A DNA stretch of 63,991 nt, counting the filler, from an uncultured bacterium (GTDB taxonomy: Bacteria; Hinthialibacterota; Hinthialibacteria; Hinthialibacterales; Hinthialibacteraceae): the NCBI GenBank assembly GCA_964449065.1. It is 10 parts of 10 records of this genome, joined end to end, with 100 filler letters (N's around TTAATTAATTAA, not from the genome) between each part and the next. Parts side by side here need not be neighbours in the genome. Positions count along the whole stretch, not along the records: positions 19,704 to 26,083 come from CAYVAZ010000306.1; positions 26,184 to 32,513 come from CAYVAZ010000307.1; 8 more parts are not named here. One strand, written 5' to 3'. The position numbers and the translations under genes are program-made. How positions within the stretch are numbered: position 1 is the first letter of the stretch; the number at the start of each line of letters is the position of its first letter. This document shows positions 19,704 to 29,238 of this stretch, in pieces. Under the pieces are notes generated by a model that did no database searches, was not told the origin of the DNA, and saw only the letters and a program-made list of their open reading frames with translations.

Positions 19704-20996
19704 GACGGCGAGAACCGCACCATGTGGATCTTCGAACCTCACGTCGCCGAACAAGTCTTTGAAGATTTTATCGATGAATACGAAATTCCCGTGCACCGCA
19801 ACCAGTGGCTGCTGCGTGAACCCTTCGTCGGCGTCAAGAAAAAAGACGGCCGTATCACATCCATCACCATGCTCTCGGGCAATACCTACGAGGGCAAAAT
19901 GTTCATTGATGCCACCTACGAAGGCGATTTGATGGCCACCGCCGGCATCGATTATCACGTCGGCCGCGAAGCCAACAGTGTCTATGACGAAACGTGGAAC
20001 GGCGTGCAAACCGGGGTGCTGCATCACAGCCACTGGTTTAACAAGGATATTTCTCCCTATTGGATTCCCGGCGACCCCAGCAGCGGCTTGGTGCCGCGCG
20101 TCAGTGGCGAGCATCCCGGGCTCAAAGAAGACGGCGACAAAAAAATCCAAGCCTACTGCTTCCGCATGTGCTTGACCAACGATGACCGCAACCGTGTCCC
20201 CTTTCAAAAACCCGATCTGTATGATCCCACCCAATACGAATTATTGGCAAGAGTATATGAAGCAGGCTGGCGTCAAACCTTCGGGAAGTTCGACCCCATC
20301 CCCAACCACAAAACCGATACAAACAACCACGGCCCCTTTAGCACCGATAACATCGGCATGAACTACGATTATCCCGAAGGCTCATATGAACGACGCAAGG
20401 AAATCATCCAAGAACACGAGCGCTATCAAAAAGGCTTAATGTACTTCACCGCCAACAGCCCGCGCGTACCCAAAGATATCCGTGAAGAATTTTCAAAGTG
20501 GGGCTTGGCAAAAGATGAATTCACCGACAACGGCAACTGGCCGCACCAAATCTACGTGCGCGAAGCCCGCCGCATGATCGGTATCTACGTCATGACCGAA
20601 CACGATACGCTGGATACCCGGGAAACGCCGCGTTCTGTCGGTATGGGCTCCTACACCATGGATTCACACAACGTGCAGCGCTACATCAAACCCGATGGTT
20701 ATGTCCAAAATGAAGGCGATATCGGCGTCAAAGTTCCTGAACCGTATGAAATTTCGTACGGATCGCTCATCCCCAAAAAAGAGCAGTGCGAAAACCTGTT
20801 GGTGCCGGTCTGCGTTTCCTCCAGCCACATCGCGTTCGGCTCCATCCGCATGGAACCGGTCTTCATGGTGCTGGGGCAATCGGCAGCCACCGCCGCGGCC
20901 ATGGCCAACAACCAAAATATTGCCGTCCAAGACGTTAAATACAAAGACTTACGCGAACGCTTATTAGCAGACAACCAAGTGCTGGAACTGGAATAA
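19704..20996 (+). CDS. FAD-dependent oxidoreductase (PF12831-like), 5' truncated
   Basis: MWIFEPHVAE, FIDATYEGDL, YHVGRE, QAYCFRMC, IYVREARR, DSHN, SSSHIAFGSIRMEPVFM. Confidence 0.9.
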   Translation, partial: DGENRTMWIFEPHVAEQVFEDFIDEYEIPVHRNQWLLREPFVGVKKKDGRITSITMLSGNTYEGKMFIDATYEGDLMATAGIDYHVGREANSVYDETWNGVQTGVLHHSHWFNKDISPYWIPGDPSSGLVPRVSGEHPGLKEDGDKKIQAYCFRMCLTNDDRNRVPFQKPDLYDPTQYELLARVYEAGWRQTFGKFDPIPNHKTDTNNHGPFSTDNIGMNYDYPEGSYERRKEIIQEHERYQKGLMYFTANSPRVPKDIREEFSKWGLAKDEFTDNGNWPHQIYVREARRMIGIYVMTEHDTLDTRETPRSVGMGSYTMDSHNVQRYIKPDGYVQNEGDIGVKVPEPYEISYGSLIPKKEQCENLLVPVCVSSSHIAFGSIRMEPVFMVLGQSAATAAAMANNQNIAVQDVKYKDLRERLLADNQVLELE

Positions 20997-21144
20997 TTGT
21001 TAGCAACATACGTTGGAATATGGCAGAGCTTCTGCCGGCAATACCATGAATACTAGCCGTTTACCCTGTTGGGGCGTATTCAGCCCCGATTTGAGAGGGA
21101 AGATCGGAATCTTGGAAACGGTATTACACGATGACGTATTATGT

Positions 21145-21200
21145 AGTGCAGATATCTTACCTGCATCATATGTAAGAGCGGGCTTGAAGCCCGCTCTACA
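21145..21200. repeat. REP-like palindrome pair between convergent genes
   Basis: GTAGTGCAGATATCTTACCTGCA followed by TGTAAGAGCGGGCTTGAAGCCCGCTCTACA. Confidence 0.6.
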
Positions 21201-21223
21201 AGAATAGACATTTTGTTCGTTCG

Positions 21224-23035
21224 TCATTTCTTTCGTAACAAAGCAACCCAGTCTTGGTTTTTACCGGAAGGCGGTTCACCGATTTTTGTGCTGGATGACG
21301 CTTTCACGGTTTTTAGGGTGCCGTCCCGCAACTCTCCGCCTTCGCGCGGGTTGTACCATTGGATGGCGTACTCTCCGCCGCCTTGGATGTTGACTTCAGC
21401 CGTTCCGCCTTCTTTTAAATAGACGATGTAAATTTCGCCTTCTTTGTAGAAGCAATAGTCATCGTCATTGGATAGCAGTTCGTCGCCGTTGGTCATTTCC
21501 CAAAACGGGATGTTATTGTTTTTGAAGAATTCCAAGGCATAGCGGGATTGATCCCACATCTTGTCGCGTGTGCGCCAATCCTGGCAGGTCAGGTCGGAAT
21601 GGGGATGGGCATATCCAAAATACCACTCGATCCCGGCTCCTCCTGCCATCAACGTTCCCCATAGGGCGTTTTTACGGGCATTGTTGCGGGTGGGGTCTTC
21701 TTCATCGGTGATTAAGGAGTGCTGCGCGTCTCCCGGCTCATCACATGCGACCACCCACTGTTTTCCGGCTTTGTTTGATTCATTGATCCACCGAAGAACT
21801 TGCCCGTGAACCCGGCTGAAGTCCGGTTTATTGGTTTGCAAAGATGCACCGGTGTAATAGGTATCGGGGCCTAATATATCGTCAAAGGGCTGCCCGTTGT
21901 GAATGACGATATGATGATCGTAGGGATCAATGGAATGCAGATAGCGCGCCATTTCTTTGCGCTGCGGAGTGGTTTGGCCTTCTTCTTTGTGGCCGCCCCA
22001 TTTGCCGTTTTCCTCCCCGACGTTCCAGTTCAGGGCGAGGTGATGGCTATAGCGCGCGGTTAGTTCGCGGTAATAGAGTTTGCGTTCGATCCCCAACTCG
22101 CCGTCATCGAGCAGGCTTTGGTTTTCGGCTTCGGTGGTTTTGAAGTGCAGATACATGCCCAGTTTGGTGCCGTGTTCGAACACGATTTCCCACTGATCAA
22201 GTTTGGAAACATCCATGCGCAGGCGTTCTTCATAAGATGTGTATGGAAACACGTTGCGGTCGTCGCCTTCGACATTCATGGGCAGGAACGAGAATACGTT
22301 CATCCCTTTTGAGTGCAGGTAGTTTATGGCGCCGATAAGCCCCTTGCCCTTGCCGTCCTGCCAGGTGGGGTCGCCCGGTTTCCAGTCTTTTACATGCGGT
22401 TCCCAGGTTTTGACGAGGTTGTCTTTGATGCCGTCGTCTTTAAAACCGCCGTCGAAATCGGCATAGGCGAGCAGGTTTTCCGGGGCGTCCGCTCCGGCTT
22501 TTAAGAAGTATTCGCCCGTCCCCGCAAAGCGCAAATAGCGTTTGCCGACATAATTCAGTCTGCCATGCGCGCGGAAGTCGCGTCCGGTTTTATCGGAGGG
22601 GCTGATCTTCAGTGTACCGGATTGGCCATCCATAAAGCCGGCGCTCTCTCCGGGCTCATTGTCTTCCGAAACCGCGATATTTTCGCCCTTGCGGAAGGAG
22701 ACCTCATAATCCCAATCGCCCGCTTCATCCGGGGCGAAATGTACGCGCCATTTGTTGCCTGAATCGGCGGAGGTTTCCGCGGCGTTGCCGTCGGCGGCGA
22801 AGTAGCCGGGGACGATGTAGACCTTATCGCCTTTGCTGAACTCAACCTGCAAGCGGTAATCCAAAAACGGGTTGGGTTCGGCTGATTCGCTGGATTGCGG
22901 CCCGTCAAAGGTGAGGGTGATTTTATGCCAGACTTTTAACTCTTCGTTCACCGTTGGCGGGGCGGAGAAGGATTGTAATGCCATGCCGATGGTGAATATT
23001 GAAATGAAACAGAACGATTGAATTGTACGCATCAT
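21224..23035 (-). CDS. DUF5060 domain secreted protein with glycoside-hydrolase-like core and C-terminal collagen-binding-like domain
   Basis: Signal peptide, WHKITLTFDGP..NPFLDYRL, VPGYFAADG, WNVGEEN, DEPG, IQWYNPREGG. Confidence 0.85.
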   Translation of the reverse strand: MMRTIQSFCFISIFTIGMALQSFSAPPTVNEELKVWHKITLTFDGPQSSESAEPNPFLDYRLQVEFSKGDKVYIVPGYFAADGNAAETSADSGNKWRVHFAPDEAGDWDYEVSFRKGENIAVSEDNEPGESAGFMDGQSGTLKISPSDKTGRDFRAHGRLNYVGKRYLRFAGTGEYFLKAGADAPENLLAYADFDGGFKDDGIKDNLVKTWEPHVKDWKPGDPTWQDGKGKGLIGAINYLHSKGMNVFSFLPMNVEGDDRNVFPYTSYEERLRMDVSKLDQWEIVFEHGTKLGMYLHFKTTEAENQSLLDDGELGIERKLYYRELTARYSHHLALNWNVGEENGKWGGHKEEGQTTPQRKEMARYLHSIDPYDHHIVIHNGQPFDDILGPDTYYTGASLQTNKPDFSRVHGQVLRWINESNKAGKQWVVACDEPGDAQHSLITDEEDPTRNNARKNALWGTLMAGGAGIEWYFGYAHPHSDLTCQDWRTRDKMWDQSRYALEFFKNNNIPFWEMTNGDELLSNDDDYCFYKEGEIYIVYLKEGGTAEVNIQGGGEYAIQWYNPREGGELRDGTLKTVKASSSTKIGEPPSGKNQDWVALLRKK

Positions 23036-23249
23036 GGTAGTCTCCTGTTGATTGAAGTGATAATCCCCAAATCATGAGAAAAAGCGCATATACCATCATA
23101 GAAAGTATATCCACCCTGTGTCAAGATTATGTTATCTATTATCCTGTTTTTTTAAATGCTGCTTTTCAGCAGAAGTAGTTGCTGAAAAATAATTTTGAAT
23201 CTATTGTATTCATCATAAAACATATTGATTGATTTTTTCAGGAATCAAA

Positions 23250-24110
23250 ATGGTTTCACCTGGGCCGATTGATCAACATACGCATGAACAACTTAATCAT
23301 CATTTAATGAGAGTCGAACTGGCTTTGGATGCTAATGCTGTATCTATCGTAAGTCCAATCTTGTCCGGTTTAGAATTAGTGGTAAAAACTGCAATAGAAC
23401 ACTTTAAAAACAAAAAGAATCGTATTGCTGTAATTCTTGATACATCTGGCGGCATTGCTGAAGTTGTTGAGAGAATGGTATTCGTAATACGACATCATTT
23501 TGAAGAAGTTTATTTTGTAATCCCCGACCGTGCGATGTCTGCTGGTACAATATTTGCAATGTCTGGCGATAAAATTTACATGAGTTATTTTTCTGTTTTA
23601 GGTCCCATTGACCCACAAATTGAAAAAGATGGGAAATTAGTCCCCGCTCTTTCATACTTAAGCCAGTATAATCGGCTAAGTGAAAAAGCCGATAAAGGGG
23701 AGTTAAACACTGCTGAATATGCTTTATTAAGCAAATTGGATTTAGGTGAGTTGCATCAATTTGAACAGGCTAGAGAGTTATCCATCGAATTGCTGGAACA
23801 ATGGTTATCTCAATACAAATTTAAAGACTGGGATTTTCATAGTTCAACCAGTGAACCAGTTACAGAAGAAGATAAAAGAGAACGCGCAAAAAACATAGGC
23901 GAATTACTGAGCGATAATCATCGTTGGCACTCTCATGGAAGAGGTATTTCTAGAGATACTTTAACTCATGAAATAAAACTTAAAATTGACAATATCGAGG
24001 AAAACGAACATTTGAATGAAGCGTTAAATGATTATTTTGAATTAGTAAGGGATTATATGGAATCGAGAAATTATAGAATGTTTATTCATACAAGGGAGTA
24101 TATGTTATGA
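23250..24110 (+). CDS. SDH-family ClpP-fold serine protease
   Basis: LDTSGG, PDRAMSAGT (Ser), LGPIDPQ (Asp), WHSHGRGI (His); AT-rich; ATG 23250 follows AGGA. Confidence 0.88.
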   Translation: MVSPGPIDQHTHEQLNHHLMRVELALDANAVSIVSPILSGLELVVKTAIEHFKNKKNRIAVILDTSGGIAEVVERMVFVIRHHFEEVYFVIPDRAMSAGTIFAMSGDKIYMSYFSVLGPIDPQIEKDGKLVPALSYLSQYNRLSEKADKGELNTAEYALLSKLDLGELHQFEQARELSIELLEQWLSQYKFKDWDFHSSTSEPVTEEDKRERAKNIGELLSDNHRWHSHGRGISRDTLTHEIKLKIDNIEENEHLNEALNDYFELVRDYMESRNYRMFIHTREYML

Positions 24111-24267
24111 AGGATAATCAGCAACGTATTCTTAAAAGCAATTCAAAAGTCGATCAAAAAGTTGTTAAGTCGGCAAACGCATTGCATGAAAAGATTCCTG
24201 ATTCTTTTAAACCTAAAAGTGGATCCGATTATAAAATTTCTCCCGCATTGGGTGGAAAATCATGGTT
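24107..24267 (+). CDS. Small basic hypothetical protein coupled to the SDH protease (3' end in the gap)
   Basis: ATGA overlap with the protease stop, GGGAG RBS, MKDNQQRILKSNSKVDQKVV...YKISPALGGKSW. Confidence 0.6.
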
Positions 24268-24367
24268 NNNNNNNNNNNNNNNNNNNNNNNNNNNNNNNNN
24301 NNNNNNNNNNNNNNNNNNNNNNNNNNNNNNNNNNNNNNNNNNNNNNNNNNNNNNNNNNNNNNNNNNN

Positions 24368-25831
24368 CACCAACACTTTGAAGGTGGTTTTTGTTGTGGG
24401 GCGTTTTGCCTTGAACGAAATCACGGCTATCGTGGTTTGGGGATTTGGCGAAGTATTGCGCAAGGTATGTTTATATTGCAGAATCCCTTTTTCTTGATTC
24501 ATCCGCAATCCACTGGATAAACCGGTAGCGATAGTGTTGTTTGTCACAATCTCTAAGACCCGCGTGTTATAGCCGATCAAAAATTCCACTTCATCTACCG
24601 GCAATTGTCCGGGATTGTTTAATACGACTTTCATGGTTATGGTATCGCCGACATCATTGTTTTCTTCATCAACAATAAGTTCTAGTGTTGCTCTCGCATC
24701 CATTCCCATAGAGTCTTTGTTTAACCATGCGATCTTATTTCTACCGGATTGCCGGCCGGATGGAATCATGATATCGAGGGGGATTACGCCGTCCGTGGGA
24801 TCGCTTGCATATCCCAAAACATCGTCACCATCATGCAACAAAAACGTACCGGATTTGGAGTTGTGCTCTGAATCCTCTACCGTTTCAAACTGAATTCGCG
24901 ACGAATTCACCTCTTTCAAAGCGACAAAAGTCATACGGGAAATCACCAAGTTTTTTGCAAAAACGGCTTTCGGCAGGGACGCGGAAAAGGAAACCAAACC
25001 AGCGGGATGAAGAACCGTGTTTTCGATTTTTGTCTGCTCCTGCAAGCCGGAATCAGAGAATAAGAACGGGGCAGACGTTAATTGAGCGTTTTCTTCTGAA
25101 ATTTTGGTATCCGCAAAATATTTCACCTCAGCGGCAGGCAGCCATTCGCCGTTTGCGCCTTGCCCCTGGATGGGCATAATTTCTTCTGGCTCATATTTCA
25201 ATTGGAATCCCAACGCATCGAATTTGGTATCGGCTAAACCGGATAATCGAACATCCACCGTAAACGGTTCACCCACTTTCGCAGAAAGATTGCTGGAAAC
25301 CAAATACAGATAGGATTTTTTCGCAATTCGCGGTTCAGGGGCATTTTGCCGCCCGTTTGTTTTGCCGGCATCCGCGTTTTGCCCGGAACCGCCGTGGAAA
25401 CTGATTCCCGAGGAACTGCCGCCGCTTCCGGAACCGGGCGCCGATAAGCTGGAGGGTGTGCTGGGTGGTCTTGATGGAGTTGTGCGTCCCTTTGAAGATG
25501 GGGCTTTGCTTTCGGGGATGCCGTTGTTTAGATTGGGAGTATCGTTCCCGCGCCGGGAAGACCGGTTGGAGCGGCTTCTGCCGGATAAACTCCCGCGTGA
25601 TGACCGGTTGCTGCCGAAACTGTTGTTAAACTGCTGGTTTTGGTTTTGATTGGAATTGAAGGATTGATTTGTACCAAATCCTCCTGAATTGGAAGAATTT
25701 TGATTTAAATTCTGCGTTTGAGGCTGTAATGCACTTTGCGTGTATCCCGTATGGATACCGCATATAACCAAGAATCCGAATATACAAATTGACAAGTAAT
25801 ACCAATTATACCAATGGAATCGATTTTTCAT
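24368..25831 (-). CDS. Exported protein with N/S/G/R-rich linker and two cohesin-like domains (3' end in the gap)
   Basis: N-terminal hydrophobic segment, low-complexity region, KVGEPFTVDV...GFQLKYEP and DVGDTITMKV...FLIGYNTRVLE. Confidence 0.7.
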
Positions 25832-25981
25832 TTAAATTCCCTATCCTGTAACGGTTTATAACTTTAGTACATCTGGATAGTAGAACGGTTACAAAGAGTG
25901 GCTGGTTAGAGGGTATTTTGAAATTGTATTTGATTGGAAGGCAAAGGATGCATTGCTTGGTTGCGAATGTGTTTTAATTAA

Positions 25982-26083
25982 TCACTGATGTTACGCAATC
26001 CATGATTGACGATTGCTTGAAAAATGGGTTTTGTTGTGAGCAAACTATTCTAAGTCAAACGCAGTGTCTATCGTCTTCTCCCT
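25982..26083. mobile_element. End of a MITE family 2 variant leading into the REP doublet
   Basis: 51-bp ACTGATGTTACGCAATCCATGATTGAC... matches 51575-51625 with one mismatch; ends TCTATCGTCTTCTCCCT as at 12874. Confidence 0.7.
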
Positions 26084-26265
26084 NNNNNNNNNNNNNNNNN
26101 NNNNNNNNNNNNNNNNNNNNNNNNNNNTTAATTAATTAANNNNNNNNNNNNNNNNNNNNNNNNNNNNNNNNNNNNNNNNNNNNCTGCCTAATGGTGTTAG
26201 CCTTTCGCTATATCCCTCAAGGCTTTTTTTGAGGGTTCGGTGCTTGTCACTTGTCACTGCATTTT

Positions 26266-27939
26266 TCACGTTTCAATCAACTGCTTTGAAGGCTTCATCA
26301 AATGCGCGATGATTACCAACAAAATCAAAATGCCAATCGCAATAATGCTGTAGATACCCGCTTTGGAATAGGCCTGCCAAATCGCGCCGACCGTGGTCAC
26401 AACCGTCGCGATTCCCATCAAGATATTCCACACAATCCGGGACGTGCCTTTTGGCCGGGCATCTCCCAATAAACTTTTAGAGTTCATCATTAAGAAAAAC
26501 GTGATATACGCCAGCGGCAGCAGCATATACCCAAACACCGAGGTCGGCACCGCCAGCCAAAACGCCGCTTCCGCCCAAATAAACGGACCCAGCACTCCGG
26601 TCGCGGCGCAGAGCGTTCCCACCTTATGCTGCCAGCCATTATGTGGGAAATTGAACATTTCACAAATCACAAAACCGGAGATCAACATCAACAGAGTAAT
26701 GGATGAGATGGTCATCCCCACAACACCAATCCCAAAAATCCAGTTGGCAATCGTCGCGCCTGTTAAAGGGGTGAGTGAATTCGATAAATCGCCCGCATCC
26801 CGCGTCACCAACATCGCGGCCATTTTCCGCTCCGCCGCGCTGATTGGATTGCCATCCGGATCAATCACAGTCGAACGCGCCGCCAACAATCCCTCATACT
26901 GCCCCAATTTTGGATTGCTTTCTGCCGCGATAAAATTCCCTTGCGCGTCCAACAACCCTTCTGCTTCTTTCGTATGGAATTGGGTAGAAGCAGCGATGAT
27001 CACACAGCTGGTTACCAACACAAACGGAATCAGCATTCCGGTCGATAAATCAAAAATCGCCAGTCCGCGAAACGATTTATCCCATCCGCGGGAAAGCATT
27101 GAATACGGCAATAAAAACGTCATATTGATCCCCACGGCGGTCGAGGCCGACGCGATCATGACATCAATCTGATTGCCAATGATATAATCAGTCCAAAACT
27201 CACGGGCTCCAGCATTTTCAATCGCGTTCAAAAATGGCTCAAATGTATCTACCGGGCGGAACAACAGCGTGAAATCCGGGATCAACCCGCTCAGAATCAC
27301 ACCCCATCTCAGCCCATCTCCGGAAATCGACAATTTGATCACAACACCCAAAAAACAAAGCACAATGATGTAAACCATTGTCTTCAAAATCCATTCATAA
27401 ATCCGGATGCCCAATCCCTTATTGCTATAACAAAAGGTGATGAATGTGGTTAACGCTAAAATGGTTAACGAAATGAGGAGTTTGGAATTAAAATCCCCAA
27501 TCGATCCATTGGGGCCTAACAATGCAGGAAACAAATTCTGCTGCACCACTCCGTTCAGCAGGGAATATTGCGGCAGTGCCCACACCATATTCGCCATAAG
27601 CGAAGCCAGCGCCCATCCCCATGCCAATACCGGGTTAATGTGATCCTTAATCGCTTGAAAGGGGCGTTTTCCGCTGGCGAGCGTCACATAACTGATCGCG
27701 CTCAGCATAATGACCCCCATGGTCATGGCAAACAACTGCAGCCAGATCAAATCATAGCCGCCCAGCACCCCCAAATACAAGCTGCCGGCCAATGACCCGC
27801 CGCCCAGCGTCAACGCGCTTTGCAGCCACCCCGGTCCGGAGAGTTTAATATAGGTGCCTAACTTGGCGACAAAGCCTTTCCCTTTTAAGGCTTCTAATTG
27901 CTGTTTATCCGTTAAAACTTTTTGGCTGACTTCACTCAT
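26266..27939 (-). CDS. NRAMP-like divalent metal cation transporter
   Basis: SGPGWLQSALTLGGGS, AVGINMTFLLPYS, about 11-12 hydrophobic segments. Confidence 0.8.
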   Translation of the reverse strand: MSEVSQKVLTDKQQLEALKGKGFVAKLGTYIKLSGPGWLQSALTLGGGSLAGSLYLGVLGGYDLIWLQLFAMTMGVIMLSAISYVTLASGKRPFQAIKDHINPVLAWGWALASLMANMVWALPQYSLLNGVVQQNLFPALLGPNGSIGDFNSKLLISLTILALTTFITFCYSNKGLGIRIYEWILKTMVYIIVLCFLGVVIKLSISGDGLRWGVILSGLIPDFTLLFRPVDTFEPFLNAIENAGAREFWTDYIIGNQIDVMIASASTAVGINMTFLLPYSMLSRGWDKSFRGLAIFDLSTGMLIPFVLVTSCVIIAASTQFHTKEAEGLLDAQGNFIAAESNPKLGQYEGLLAARSTVIDPDGNPISAAERKMAAMLVTRDAGDLSNSLTPLTGATIANWIFGIGVVGMTISSITLLMLISGFVICEMFNFPHNGWQHKVGTLCAATGVLGPFIWAEAAFWLAVPTSVFGYMLLPLAYITFFLMMNSKSLLGDARPKGTSRIVWNILMGIATVVTTVGAIWQAYSKAGIYSIIAIGILILLVIIAHLMKPSKQLIET

Positions 27940-28190
27940 CGTGATCTCTCCCCCATGAAAAATTAATAATGAGGTATGATTTTAAAGGTTTATGCCCTAA
28001 AGAGTAGGGTTTCAACCCCCGATTATTTTTTTTGAAACATCTCATGAATGGATGATGTAGTACAGTAGATTTGGATAGGCTTAAGATTGTATTAGAGCAC
28101 TACCATGAATAACAATGATTCCCATTATCTTAAAACACTCTCTCATTACACTATTACTTGAATAGTAATAGGTCGCCGCTTGAAGAGAAA

Positions 28191-28611
28191 TTCCCCCTCC
28201 CAAAGGTGCTAATCTTTACCCACAACTATTATCAGTGTGTTGCCCTGTGTTATGTCAAAGTGCCCATTTGGGGCTTTTTCGTTATTTATAGCGGTGTTGC
28301 CAACAAGACGTTCGGATTGGAATGAAGCGTACTTCCGGCTCGGCGGGAGCCTTGCCCTCCCAAAAAGCCGCCCTCCCCAAAAAAAATGTTTGGACAACTT
28401 TTTTTTGAACTTATTTACATTGAGTTGTATGGGTTGACGCACCGGCTGGAAGCCGATGCTACCCACAATGAACATACTGAACATATCGTTGGCAAATGCT
28501 TTACTAAATTTTTTGGGTAAACCTTAGCAAAGGTGGGAGGGGTTAGGGGAGGGGTTGAAGCACTGAGCGTTTAACCCCCACCTAGCCTCCCCCATTGCAT
28601 TGGGGGAGGAA
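28191..28611. repeat. REP doublet (CCCCTCCC/GGGAGGGG type) interrupted by MITE family 1
   Basis: TTCCCCCTCC-CAAAGGTG [insert] CAAAGGTG-GGAGGGGTTAGGGGAGGGG...CCCCCACCTAGCCTCCCCCATTGCATTGGGGGAGGAA. Confidence 0.7.
28209..28527. mobile_element. Complete 319-bp MITE (family 1)
   Basis: TIRs CTAATCTTTACCCA and TGGGTAAACCTTAG (12/14 match), flanked by the 8-bp direct repeat CAAAGGTG (28201-28208, 28528-28535); second copy at 3330. Confidence 0.85.
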
Positions 28612-28716
28612 TGAGAAAATCGATTCGATTTTTTGAATATGCACTTCATATCACTGACCTGTTACCTTGAATATTTTCCCGGTGTTCTCTGCGTCTCTGT
28701 GGTGATACTTTATATC

Positions 28717-29172
28717 TCACAAATATTTCTGATATGCCGCCACGGCCAATTCATCACACCGTTCGTTTTCCGGATGCCCCGCGTGACCCTTTACCCACTC
28801 AAACGAAACTTCATGCTTCTGCACCAATTCATCCAACTCTTGCCACAACTCAACATTCTTTACCGGAACAAATTTATTCTTCTCTTTGCGCATCCAATTA
28901 TTCCGCTTCCAATTTTTCATCCATTTTGTGATGCCGTCTTTGACATACCCGCTATCGGTCACCACACACACGCTGGTTTTCTTTTTTAGCCGCTTCAGCC
29001 CTTCAATCACCGCTTGCAACTCCATTTTGTTGTTCGTCGTTTTGGGAGAATCTCCAAACCCTTCCGATTTCTTTCCGGTAGGGACGTGCTTCAAAATATA
29101 CGCCCATCCCCCCGGTCCGGGATTCCCGCTGCACCCGCCATCAGTAAACAACATCACTTCCGCTTTACTCAT
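28717..29172 (-). CDS. rnhA: Ribonuclease HI
   Basis: FTDGGCSGNPGPGGW, TTNNKMEL, TDSGY, VKNVELW, WVKGHAGHPENERCD. Confidence 0.97.
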   Translation of the reverse strand: MSKAEVMLFTDGGCSGNPGPGGWAYILKHVPTGKKSEGFGDSPKTTNNKMELQAVIEGLKRLKKKTSVCVVTDSGYVKDGITKWMKNWKRNNWMRKEKNKFVPVKNVELWQELDELVQKHEVSFEWVKGHAGHPENERCDELAVAAYQKYL

Positions 29173-29187
29173 GATTCTTCCTCAAAC

Positions 29188-29220
29188 AAAAAAGGGCGGC
29201 AATACCCCACCGCCCTTTTG
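29188..29220. terminator. Hairpin or terminator between the metalloprotease and rnhA
   Basis: AAAAGGGCGG-caatacccca-CCGCCCTTTT with A and T flanks. Confidence 0.6.
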
Positions 29221-29238
29221 TATTCTCCTATTCTTGTT

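Noticed and set aside
24107..24520. 137-aa ORF spanning the gap
   Set aside because: It reads through 100 Ns, and the part after the gap is antisense to the cohesin gene.
28209..28484. 91-aa ORF as a mini-transposase
   Set aside because: It lies wholly within the MITE and has no transposase motifs. Similar spurious ORFs at 12744, 19343, 21000 and 41653 overlap repeats.
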